This document shows positions 14,644 through 25,592 of a stretch of DNA of 64,000 bases, piece by piece. Both the position numbers and the translations under genes were made by a program. Under the pieces are notes generated by a model. That model was not told where the DNA came from. It worked only from the letters and a program-made list of their open reading frames with translations, and searched no databases. The DNA lies in the NCBI GenBank assembly GCA_046563655.1, contig CM102286.1, forward strand, positions 4,588,001-4,652,000. The letters run 5' to 3'. This DNA comes from Yuukianura sp. NJ FZ-2021 (Eukaryota). Positions within the stretch are counted from its first letter, which is position 1, and each line of letters begins with the position of its first letter.

Positions 14644-15739
14644 TCCAAAGTACAGTCCACCGTTTAAGATTTAAGCGAAAAGTAATTCAAAGTTACTGAA
14701 ATCAGAGGGAAATCGTCAAGTTAAGAAAACGGTCGTTAGCACGGTGCAGCATTGGTATAGTTAAACTTTAACTAGAATTTTAAATTTAACATTAGGAATT
14801 TTAAACTTTAAACTGTAGACGACACCATTCGATATTCGTAGAAAAAGAAAACTGGGAAAATTCAATAGCTCGGCGTCATTTCTTGAGGAATTTTTGCCAT
14901 TCACGCGGTTGTACGATTTGTCGTCCCTGTTAAGCAATGACGTAAATCTATTTTTAATAACAACAAATTGAGGACGGATCACGGGAAATTATTAATTGAA
15001 TGAATAAATACTGCATCGCTAGCGCGCAAAAAACAACTTTGTTGAAGGTGTAGCGAAAGAACTTGTTGCAGCCTTGAGAATTTGGCAACTGGCATTGAAA
15101 ATGTTTGACTTTGTAGCATGTGACAAATCATAGAATTTCAGAATCATTGTTGCAGTAATTAAGCCAAATGACTCACACCGTTGAGATTCATTAGCGTCGC
15201 TATTTGTTAACTAGAGGTGTCAATACGTTTATGAGCAATACAGTATCTGCTAATCCTGTTGCGTAACTCCTCCAACGCGTAATGTTAAGTTGATTCCGAC
15301 ATTCATTTATAATTGGTATAACTGCGGACCAATCTAAGGCAAACTCTCAAAATATTGTCGAAATGTCGAACCTATTGTGTAACAACACTAACGTTTGTAA
15401 ATGGAACTAGTGTAGTACTTATCACTAAAATACATCAATGGTCAAACCTTTAGCTGTTAAACATTTTAATTTTGAATTTTTCCGTTCACCTTGACTTGCT
15501 CATGAGTATTTGACATTTCAAAATACATTCATTTACAAGCTGTAAATTATAACTGGCAAGACAAGTTATTTAGTTGCCTACAATCATTTATAATTGATTG
15601 TATTTGATCCCAACAGTGGTTGTTTGACCTACCTTCAACTCTGAAGTTTAGGTCAACTCAGACACTTTCTGATTGTTAAAACGACGAAGCACTGTCATGA
15701 AAGTTTTTGACAGAAAAAGTAAATTCTGAAAATTGTACC

Positions 15740-16552
15740 TGCAGAAACTTGGAATTTTAACTTGCAAACAAAGAAAACTTACGAGTCAAATGCTGGCAAG
15801 CTGCAGTGGCGTCGTATTTTCACTGCATCATTTTCCAAATTTCTTCAAATCAGAGCCAATCTTCGTAATTTTTGGAAAAACTATGCCACTACTACTAAGG
15901 AAAAAGTCCTCAATGCACTGCAGTTCTGTTATAACTTTAGTTTTTTTTTTCAACAAATGACTCAAGTTGGACTCAACAATTAAAGAAGCGTAGGATCGTC
16001 GGAGCTTCCCAAATTTTCACTTACTGTTTGCAAAAATTTCGCAATTGCTTCGCAACTAACCTTAGGAAGTAGGCTATCAATTCAGCCTTAAGTGAACCCA
16101 AAATGGCCAACAACTTTCCAAATGTCAAAGTCCACCAGAGTCACTATGTGATGATGCTGAACTGACGGTTCCCACGACAGGATTGTAGTCTAAGTAGAAA
16201 CATGGGTAACCTCTTTCTTTAAAATTTGGCCCAAAAGACAACATCAGTGGCCGGGAAAATGTTGTAAAACAAGTTAGTGAGCAAGGGTTTGGTAAAGATC
16301 CACTTTAAACTAAAAACGTTAAGTGGACTCCCTTTAAAGGCGTCTCATATTGAGAAGATCAATTCAGTAATCAAGGGGTTGAAGAACACGAAGACCATCT
16401 TGCATGTAGGACTTCACAAAAGTTTCAATATCCCGTTGGATGCGTCAACATACATGAGGACTATAATGGCTAAAAGCTGAATAGATTTGCAGAACTTTGC
16501 AAGAATGAAGATGAAGATGAGGAGAGTTCATGGTGTACTTAAGAGGGTGAGA
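15740..16552 (-). pseudogene. Degenerate exon-like segments with hydrophobic, stop-interrupted reading frame
   Basis: Polypyrimidine-CAG acceptor near 16553 and GT donors near 16060 and 15780 flank codon-like sequence (LIFIFILAKFCKSIQLLAIIVLMYVDAS...) interrupted by several stops. Family not recognised. Confidence 0.3.
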
Positions 16553-16937
16553 TCTGCAAAAGAAAGAACAGTAAAAGATTTAAAAGATAATAGCCCAGAG
16601 GTATTGGAAAATACGTGGAACTTACGATTTTGCCAACGGCATTAATGTTGACCTGAAATTGGTTAAAACTTGAAAAAAATGGCATCTTGAAATGAATACA
16701 ACTTTTAAAATGCTGACAAATGAATCATGTAATGCCCCCTCACCTAAACGACTTTTCTTCCATCAACATAATACCAAGTGTCTTATCGTATATCAGGAAG
16801 AGCTTGGTAGTAAGGTTGAATTAATTAATTACAACGCGGAGATATTTCGCAATTTTAATTTTAACGCAATTTTAAACTTTACTGCCTAACCTGTTAAAGA
16901 AAAAGTATTTCTTTGTTTATCCACCTTGCGTTAAATA

Positions 16938-18648
16938 TACGCGAAGATCCATACGACAGAGGACTAGTCAATGACTACGCTCGAGATTCCGGCCCCAGTT
17001 CACTCGAACTGGCACACTCCGGACTCACCGAGAGAGATTCACATCCCTCCCTGCCCTGTGTCACCTGAACAGCTACTTGCAAGCCTCGATCCGTCTTCGC
17101 GCCCAGTCTACTGCAATGCCGTATGTTCTCGCGTATAAGGAAAAACTGAAAGTCCCGTTAAATCAAAGTTGCCATAGCAACGAAATACTTTTGCTTTAAG
17201 AGGTTTGGCAGTAAGTCCTGTTTTAAAAAAAAATCTCGCCCCAAACAATTTTTTCTACCTTTTCTCTACTTTTTTTTTGTTTTTTTTTCTAATGTCAAGT
17301 CAAGTCTCGTTAACTCTAATAATAACACTTCTGCTGCGCATTCAAGCAAGAGACACAGGGACTAAGTTTTTTACCACATCCCCGAACCAATGCGGATTGA
17401 GACTTTGAAACGATCTGTGCCTGGACACATTCGCCAAGAAGTGATTCCGTAGGTTTCGGTTGTGGGATTTAGTATGTGTTCCTAAGTGATGGTGCACAGA
17501 AGGTTTAGGAAAAAATTTAGAAATATTATTTAGAAAGGAGTTTTTTTCACTTTTTGTGTTTTAAGAAATTTCGGCTACGTTAAGTAAATTTTTTAAGTTG
17601 AGATTCGAGTTGTGAAAAACGAAATTCGGAATTAGTCTACACGAAGATACATACGACAGAGGACTAGTCAATGACTACGCTCGAGATTCCGGCCCCAGTT
17701 CACTCGAACTGGCACACTCCGGACTTACCGAGAGAGATTCACACCCCTCCCTGCCCTGTGTCACCTGAACAGCTACTTGCAAGCCTCGATCCGTCCTCGC
17801 GCCCAATCTACTACAATGCCGTATGTTCCAGCGTATAGAAAAAACCGAAAGTCACGTTAAATGTCAAGTCAAGTCTCGTTAACTCTAATAATAACACTTC
17901 TGCTGCACATTCAAGCAAGAGACACAGGGACTAAGTTTTTGTACCACATCCCCGAACCAATGCGGATTGAGACTTTGAAACGATCTGTGCCTGGACACAT
18001 TCGCCAAGAAGTGATTCCGTAGGTTTCGGTTGTGGGATTTAGTATGTGTTCTTAAGTGATGTACACAGAAGGTTTAGGAAAAAATTTAGAAATATTATTT
18101 AGAAAGGAGTTTTTTTCACTTTTTGTGTTTTAAGAAATTTCGGCTACGTTAAGTAAATTTTTTAAGTTGAGATTCGAGTTGTGAAAAACGAAATTCGGAA
18201 TTAGTCTACACGAAGATACATACGACAGAGGACTAGTCAATGACTACGCTCGAGATTCCGGCCCCAGTTCACTCGAACTGGCACACTCCGGACTTACCGA
18301 GAGAGATTCACACCCCTCCCTGCCCTGTGTCACCTGAACAGCTACTTGCAAGCCTCGATCCGTCCTCGCGCCCAATCTACTACAATGCCGTATGTTCCAG
18401 CGTATAGAAAAAAACCGAAAGTCACGTTAAATGTCAAGTCAAGTCTCGTTAACTCTAATAATAACACTTCTGCTGCACATTCAAGCAAGAGACACAGGGA
18501 CTAAGTTTTTGTACCACATCCCCGAACCAATGCGGATTGAGACTTTGAAACGATCTGTGCCTGGACACATTCGCCAAGAAGTGATTCCGTAGGTTTCGGT
18601 TGTGGGATTTAGTATGTGTTCCTAAGTGATGGTGCAGAGAAGGTTTAG
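16938..18648. repeat. Tandem array 1 of a ~570-bp unit (blocks A-B-C, about 3 copies)
   Basis: Block A (atacgacagaggactagtc...) starts at 16951, 17651 and 18220. Block B (gtcaagtcaagtctcg...gaaggtttag) starts at about 17294, 17863 and 18433. Copies are near-identical. Confidence 0.97.
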
Positions 18649-18780
18649 TCAAAAATTTAAAGTTCATTTTACTATTTTTTGAACCAAAATTACGAAACAA
18701 ACTCCAGATTTTTTCAGTATTATGCATAATGAATCTGTATAATTTTGTGAAAGAAGTTTCAAAGAAGAAGAGTTCCGTCC

Positions 18781-19070
18781 ATGAAACATGAAGAGGAAGT
18801 GGGACTGTTGATGGCAGATATCGCTAAGGACTTTCCTCGCTTGCAGTACATTCTAAGGTCACTTCAATTTTCAAAACTTAAGTTTTCAGCTAAGTTGACA
18901 TGTTCGTGATATTTATTTGTAAATTTTACTATTTCAGAGAGAATTTTAACATCGTCCTGTACGTATTCGGATCCAAAGAACCAATTCTAAAAAGTTTCAA
19001 GTCCTTTCTCAACGATGAGTTTATGATTGTAGACATCAACAGACATTTTCCAAAGTTAAAACCTAAGAAT
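18781..19070 (+). pseudogene. ORC2-like gene fragment (two exons, intron retained), copy 1
   Basis: 18781-18857 and 18938-19070 splice in frame to MKHEEEVGLLMADIAKDFPRLQYILRENFNIVLYVFGSKEPILKSFKSFLNDEFMIVDINRHFPKLKPKN. This resembles the ORC2 motif FNIVLYGxGSK...VINGFFP (recalled, not searched). Confidence 0.7.
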
Positions 19071-19143
19071 GTAAGTTTCTAAAATCACACTTCTAATACC
19101 AACCGGAAGTGAATGTATCAACTGTGCTTGATTGGAAATTTAG

Positions 19144-20575
19144 GTTCTGCTGAGTTTCTGGGAACCGGCAATGTGACATTGGACACCAGAATCGCTATAA
19201 TTGGGAGCGGAATTGCCGGCTTATCGACTGGACTTGTCCTGCACAACGCTGGATTTACTCAAGTAAGGATTTACGAACGGGACGATTGTTTTGACCGGAG
19301 ACGACAAGGGTATGGACTCACAATGCTACAAGGAAATACTGCCCTCAGAAGACTCGGAGTTTATGACAAGGTCAACCAGATTGACACGCCCTCCACATCT
19401 CACTACATCTTCGACTGTCATGGCAACATTGTCGGATTCTTCGGAACCAAATTCTGGCCATCACCAACCTCTGACAAGAAGGCCAAGTACAACCTCCATG
19501 TCAGCAGACAGAATCTACGCAAAATACTCTATGAACAACTGACACTAAAGGCACAAGGAATCGTTCAGTGGAACAAGATGTTGGATTCCATTCGTCAACT
19601 ATTTCCAGTTCCAGAAGAGCCTAATAACGGTGAGGATTCGTGGGAACTTTCCTTTTCGGATGGACATTTTACTAAGGTGCAGTTGGTAATTGGTTGTGAT
19701 GGGATTAACAGTTTCGTCCGTCGTCAAGCCTTTCCGGAAGATGACAATCCGCTCAAATATTTGGGAATCCTACTTGTTCTTGGCAATTCAAACATAATCA
19801 ATTCAGTAAAATCACTATAATAGAAGTAATATAAAATAAAAGTACAAGTGTGTTTCTTTTTAGGTATCACTAGGACTGATCACTACCTAAGTCAAGAACG
19901 AGTGTTTCAAACTGTGGATGGAAACACAAGACTGTTTGCAATGCCATTCTACGGAGATGAAAGCAGTCCGCATGAAAATATGATGTAGCAACTGTCATTC
20001 CCAGTGGAGGAACAAGAAGCGAAACAATTAGCTGCCAACTTGGATCAACTAAAAAGAAGAGTTTTAGAAATGTGTGGAAACTGGCACGATCCGATTCCAT
20101 TCCTCATCCAGTCAACTAATTTGTCACTGCTCATGGGTACCCCTGCCTACGACAGAGACCCTCAACCGCCATGTCAAACTTCGAAGTCATTGGTGTTGCT
20201 TGGAGATGCTGCTCATCCAATGTGTCCCTTCAAAGGTCAAGGAGCAAATCAAGCCTTACTGGACGGAGTCTACTTTACAGATTGTTTAAGTCGTGGAGTG
20301 AGCATAGATTCCGCTATTCGTAGCTTTGAAACTGAAATGTGGAACAGAGTTCGTCGAAAAGTGTTGGATTCCAGAAAAAGAGCAACAACTTTCCATCACC
20401 CGGGCGTCCTCGGAGGTGACTTTTTACTTTACCGGGGAATTGGACAAGAATTTCTCCAAAAGTTAAAAGAAAAAGGAGTCAACAGCGCAGTGGAGAAGCA
20501 ATCGATGACCTAATTATTTCAGAACTCAAAGGCCTCAATCTCAACGGTTACGGCAACTCAACTGCTCAAAGATGA
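19144..20575 (+). pseudogene. Group A FAD-dependent monooxygenase, disrupted copy 1
   Basis: Motifs IAIIGSGIAG (GxGxxG), GCDGINS (DG) and LLGDAAHPMCPFKGQGANQALLDG (GD). Lesions: GC donor at 19783 (GT in copy 2), in-frame TAG at 19986-19988, and a 1-nt deletion near 20486 relative to copy 2. AATAAA at 20628. Confidence 0.85.
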
Positions 20576-20646
20576 CAATTATTTAAAAAAAAAGTCAACG
20601 TTATTTGTGTAAAAGTGTTAAAATGTAAATAAAGATTTCTGTTCAG

Positions 20647-21240
20647 TTAATTTGTAAAATACAAGTTTTTAAGGTCCATCTTTTTCCTATTTGTGAGGTG
20701 TAGTACTTCCACTTTCGCCTGGAGAATAAGATTACTGAAATTCTTAAAGTGAAAGCGGATGTCCGGTTTTTTTGAAATCTCGTTTGGTGAAACTTGTTTT
20801 GCTAACACTTGAAAGGAAATTGCGATTAAGTTTAGTCTGGAGATGCTTTCTTTTGAGGGACCTTGACTTTCACTTTGAGAAAACCAAATCATGTTGCTTT
20901 TCCATTCGTTTGGCTCAATTCAATTTGTCCATCCCAACATCAATCTTTCTTTTCACTTACATCCTCCTTAAGTTGAAAAATTGAAGGTTGCGTGTGGTAA
21001 ATCATGTTTTGATTGGGCGGAAATGAAACTGTCCATCGCTGGACCAAGTCTTCATCGTCACCTGTCACTAGCAGCACAGGAATCTCCTGGACAAACTCTA
21101 CCGGAACTCCCATCCACTTTCACAAATCCATTTTTCTACTTCTTCAACTTTTTCCTCAACATGTTGGATAAAGAAAGTGATGTGTAGGAGAGAGAAAGCG
21201 ATGTAAAATGTGAAATCGGAAGTCGATGGAGCTTGTAGCT
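20647..21240 (-). pseudogene. Degenerate unknown ORF remnant between the two duplicated blocks
   Basis: Codon-like minus-strand sequence (WMGVPVEFVQEIPVLLVTGDDEDLVQRWTVSFPP...) broken by several stops, continuing into the 20647-20892 ORF. Confidence 0.3.
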
Positions 21241-23065
21241 GGAAGAGTGAAAGTGTTGTAGTTTTGTCTTTTGTGTGAGATAGGAGGAATTAAGCGTAAT
21301 TAAGATAATCACTCACTCAGGGTGACAAGGACCAGAAATTCCTGCTCAATTGGACGCACTCAAGCGAAGGCTTCTGTTTTAGCACAAACCAAATTCATCA
21401 CGCGCCTCTCAACAAAACCCATTCAACGCAACGTGAGAAAGTCAGATATGGTGATAGGAAAAGAAAAGCGGAAATCTGAAAATTTGCTTTTCCTTTAAGA
21501 GCTTTGGCAGTAAGTCCTGTTTTAAAAAAAATCTCGCACCAAACAATTTTTTCTACCTTTTTTCTACTTTTTTTCTAATGTCAAGTCAAGTCTCGTTAAC
21601 TCTAATAATAACACTTCTGCTGCGCATTCAAGCAAGAGACACAGGGACTAAGTTTTTTACCACATCCCCGAACCAATGCGGATTGAGACTTTGAAACGAT
21701 CTGTGCCTGGACACATTCGTCAAGAAGTGATTCCGTAGGTTTCGGTTGTGGGATTTAGTATGTGTTCCTAAGTGATGGTGCACAGAAGGTTTAGGAAAAA
21801 ATTTAGAACTATTATTTAGAAAAGAGTTGTTTTCACTTTTTGCGTTTTAAGAAATTTCGGCTACGTTAAGTAAATTTTTTAAGTTGAGATTCGAGTTGTG
21901 AAAAACGAAATTCGGAATTAGTCTACACGAAGATACATACGACAGAGGACTAGTCAATGACTACGCTCGAGATTCCGGCCCCAGTTCACTCGAACTGGCA
22001 CACTCCGGACTTACCGAGAGAGATTCACACCCCTCCCTGCCCTGTGTCACCTGAACAGCTACTTGCAAGCCTCGATCCGTCCTCGCGCCCAATCTACTAC
22101 AATGCCGTATGTTCCAGCGTATAGAAAAAAACCGAAAGTCACGTTAAACGTCAAGTCAAGTCTCGTTAACTCTAATAATAACACTTCTGCTGCGCATTCA
22201 AGCAAGAGACACAGGGACTAAGTTTTTTACCACATCCCCGAACCAATGCGGATTGAGACTTTGAAACGATCTGTGCCTGGACACATTCGTCAAGAAGTGA
22301 TTCCGTAGGTTTCGGTTGTGGGATTTAGTATGTGTTCCTAAGTGATGGTGCACAGAAGGTTTAGGAAAAAATTTAGAACTATTATTTAGAAAAGAGTTGT
22401 TTTCACTTTTTGCGTTTTAAGAAATTTCGGCTACGTTAAGTAAATTTTTTAAGTTGAGATTCGAGTTGTGAAAAACGAAATTCGGAATTAGTCTACACGA
22501 AGATACATACGACAGAGGACTAGTCAATGACTACGCTCGAGATTCCGGCCCCAGTTCACTCGAACTGGCACACTCCGGACTTACCGAGAGAGATTCACAC
22601 CCCTCCCTGCCCTGTGTCACCTGAACAGCTACTTGCAAGCCTCGATCCGTCCTCGCGCCCAATCTACTACAATGCCGTATGTTCCAGCGTATAGAAAAAA
22701 CCGAAAGTCACGTTAAACGTCAAGTCAAGTCTCGTTAACTCTAATAATAACACTTCTGCTGCGCATTCAAGCAAGAGACACAGGGACTAAGTTTTTTACC
22801 ACATCCCCGAACCAATGCGGATTGAGACTTTGAAACGATCTGTGCCTGGACACATTCGTCAAGAAGTGATTCCGTAGGTTTCGGTTGTGGGATTTAGTAT
22901 GTGTTCCTAAGTGATGGTGCAGAGAAGGTTGAGTCAAAAATTTAAAGTTCATTTTACTATTTTTTGAACCAAAATTACGAAACAAACTCCAGATTTTTTC
23001 AGTATTATGCATAATGAATCTGTATAATTTTGTGAAAGAAGTTTCAAAGAAGAAGAGTTCCGTCC

Positions 23066-23355
23066 ATGAAACATGAAGAGGAAGTGGGACTGTTGATGGC
23101 AGATATCGCTAAGGACTTTCCTCGCTTGCAGTACATTCTAAGGTCACTTCAATTTTCAAAACTTAAGTTTTCAGCTAAGTTGACATGTTCGTGATATTTA
23201 TTTGTAAATTTTACTATTTCAGAGAGAATTTTAACATCGTCCTGTACGTATTCGGATCCAAAGAACCAATTCTAAAAAGTTTCAAGTCCTTTCTCAACGA
23301 TGAGTTTATGATTGTAGACATCAACAGACATTTTCCAAAGTTAAAACCTAAGAAT
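23066..23355 (+). pseudogene. ORC2-like gene fragment, copy 2
   Basis: Matches 18781-19070 (the overlapping ORF translations are identical). Confidence 0.7.
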
Positions 23356-23428
23356 GTAAGTTTCTAAAATCACACTTCTAATACCAACCGGAAGTGAATG
23401 TATCAACTGTGCTTGATTGGAAATTTAG

Positions 23429-24781
23429 GTTCTGCTGAGTTTCTGGGAACCGGCAATGTGACATTGGACACCAGAATCGCTATAATTGGGAGCGGAATTG
23501 CCGGCTTATCGACTGGACTTGTCCTGCACAACGCTGGATTTACTCAAGTAAGGATTTACGAACGGGACGATTGTTTTGACCGGAGACGACAAGGGTATGG
23601 ACTCACAATGCTACAAGGAAATACTGCCCTCAGAAGACTCGGAGTTTATGACAAGGTCAACCAGATTGACACGCCCTCCACATCTCACTACATCTTCGAC
23701 TGTCATGGCAACATTGTCGGATTCTTCGGAACCAAATTCTGGCCATCACCAACCTCTGACAAGAAGGCCAAGTACAACCTCCATGTCAGCAGACAGAATC
23801 TACGCAAAATACTCTATGAACAACTGACACTAAAGGCACAAGGAATCGTTCAGTGGAACAAGATGTTGGATTCCATTCGTCAACTATTTCCAGTTCCAGA
23901 AGAGCCTAATAACGGTGAGGATTCGTGGGAACTTTCCTTTTCGGATGGACATTTTACTAAGGTGCAGTTGGTAATTGGTTGTAATGGGATTAACAGTTTC
24001 CTCCGTCGTCAAGCCTTTCCGGAAGATGACAATCCGCTCAAATATTTGGGAATCCTACTTGTTCTTGGTAATTCAAACATAATCAATTCAGTAAAATCAC
24101 TATAATAGTAGTAATATAAAATAAAAGTACAAGTGTGTTTCTTTTTTAGGTATCACTAGGACCTAAGTCAAGAACGAGTGTTTCAAACTGTGGATGGAAA
24201 CACAAGACTGTTTGCAATGCCATTCTACGGAGATGAAAGCAGTCCGCATGAAAATATGATGTAGCAACTGTCATTCATAGTGGAGGAACAAGAAGCGAAA
24301 CAATTAGCTGCCAACTTGGATCAACTTAAAAAGAAAAGTTTTAGAAATGTGTGGAAACTGACACGATCCGATTCCATCCCTCATCCAGTCAACTAATTTG
24401 TCACTGCTCATGGGTATCCCTGCCTACGACAGAGACCCTCAACCGCCATGTCAAACTTCGAAGTCATTGGTGTTGCTTGGAGATGCTGCTCATCCAATGT
24501 GTCCCTTCAAAGGTCAAGGAGCAAATCAAGCCTTACTGGACGGAGTCTACTTTACAGATTGTTTAAGTCGTGGAGTGAGCATAGATTCCGCTATTCGTAG
24601 CTTTGAAACTGAAATGTGGAACAGAGTTCGTCGAAAAGTGTTGGATTCCAGAGAAAGAGCAACAACTTTCCATCACCCGGGCATCCTCGTAGGTGACTTT
24701 TTCCTTTACCGGGGAATTGGACAAGAATTCCTCCAAAAGTTAAAAGAAAAAGGAGTCAACAGCAGCAGTGGAGAAGCAATC
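23429..24781 (+). pseudogene. Group A FAD-dependent monooxygenase, disrupted and 3'-truncated copy 2
   Basis: DG motif D->N (23983), 10-bp deletion near 24160, shared TAG at 24262, +1 insertion near 24326, TGG->TGA at 24359. Homology to copy 1 ends abruptly at 24781. Confidence 0.9.
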
Positions 24782-24793
24782 GTCGTCGGACTG

Positions 24794-25121
24794 CAGACGT
24801 CGGGTTTTGGCACATTCCTGGCAGATATCCACGTCAGTCGGGGAACTTTGTAGTTTGTCCACTGCGAGTACATCGGTCGTCCTTCCTTGTCCAATGAGAG
24901 ACTCGTCAAGCAGAAACTGACTTCGCAAAAAGTTGAAGTCAGAGATTGCGATAGGAAAGGAACAGCGAAAAGTAAAAAGAAATTGGCAAAACTTACAGAC
25001 GTCGGGTTTTGGCACATTCCTGGCAGATATCCACGTCAGTCGGGGAACGTTGTAGTTTGTCCACTGCGAGTACATCGGTCGTCCTTCCTTGTCCAATGAG
25101 AGACTCGTCAAGCAGAAACTG
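24794..25121 (-). repeat. 126-bp direct repeat (24794-24919 and 24996-25121) that looks like a duplicated minus-strand exon
   Basis: One mismatch seen between copies. Both begin with a CAG acceptor on the minus strand. The 25121-24996 copy ends in a GTAAG donor, the other has GC at that position. Confidence 0.85.
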
Positions 25122-25178
25122 CTTAAAGATGGACATCACGGTGAGGGCACTTGAACTTTTCAGTTTTTGAACCAAATA

Positions 25179-25335
25179 CAGTGCGAATTTTATGTTTTGG
25201 ACCAAAAAACCTTCTCTAAAGCCTGTCTTCCTCTCCACCTCGATTTCAACCCTTGATCCCAGCGTCGAAATCGAAGTGGAAAGGAGAAGAGGTTTTGGAG
25301 ATGGTTTTTTGGTCCAAAACATAAAATTCGCACTG
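25179..25335. mobile_element. Foldback MITE, Tc1/mariner-type ends
   Basis: TA|cagtgcgaattttatgttttggaccaaaaaacc ... ggttttttggtccaaaacataaaattcgcactg|TA: perfect ~33-bp TIRs, TA target duplication, interior also imperfectly palindromic. Confidence 0.9.
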
Positions 25336-25548
25336 TAAGTATAACATCACGATGTTAGTTCTTGTGCACTGTAGCACTTTCACTCACAAATTGTTCAGCA
25401 AAAACGAAATTCGCACATTGTTGCACAAAAAAGTCAACTTTTGCAGTTTTTTTTTTGAAGAGAAAGTTAACGTAGGTCTTCACTGGTCAAAGTTCTCACG
25501 ATCACTGAAGGGCTCCAAGATGGCGGCCGACGACAGCAGAACGCACCC

Positions 25549-25576
25549 TTCTAGAACATTCTAGAACGTTCTAGAA
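25549..25576. promoter_or_regulatory. Heat-shock element: six alternating nGAAn/nTTCn units
   Basis: TTCtaGAAcaTTCtaGAAcgTTCtaGAA is a perfect HSF consensus array. A YY1-type motif AAGATGGCGGC lies at 25517-25527. Confidence 0.8.
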
Positions 25577-25592
25577 AGACAGTGAACCTATA

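Larger units (their letters stand above)
21495..24781 (+). repeat. Segmental duplication of about 17195-20494 (offset about 4285 bp)
   Basis: ORFs 18900/23185 and 19113/23398 are offset by exactly 4285 bp with near-identical sequence. The block includes tandem array 2 (block A at 21937 and 22507). Confidence 0.97.

Noticed and set aside
16963..17013. Helitron 3' end on the minus strand (ccagttc-actc-gaactgg hairpin then CTAG|T)
   Set aside because: The hairpin is about 25 nt from the CTAG and repeat homology continues past it, so it does not mark a boundary.
18781..20513. Functional ORC2-monooxygenase fusion protein
   Set aside because: Splice phases are incompatible (stop 10 codons after the junction) and the enzyme part has an internal TAG.
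16938..22935. Repeat array as CRISPR or structured RNA gene cluster
   Set aside because: Units are ~570 bp with no unique spacers, the context is eukaryotic, and no tRNA, 5S or snRNA signature was recognisable.
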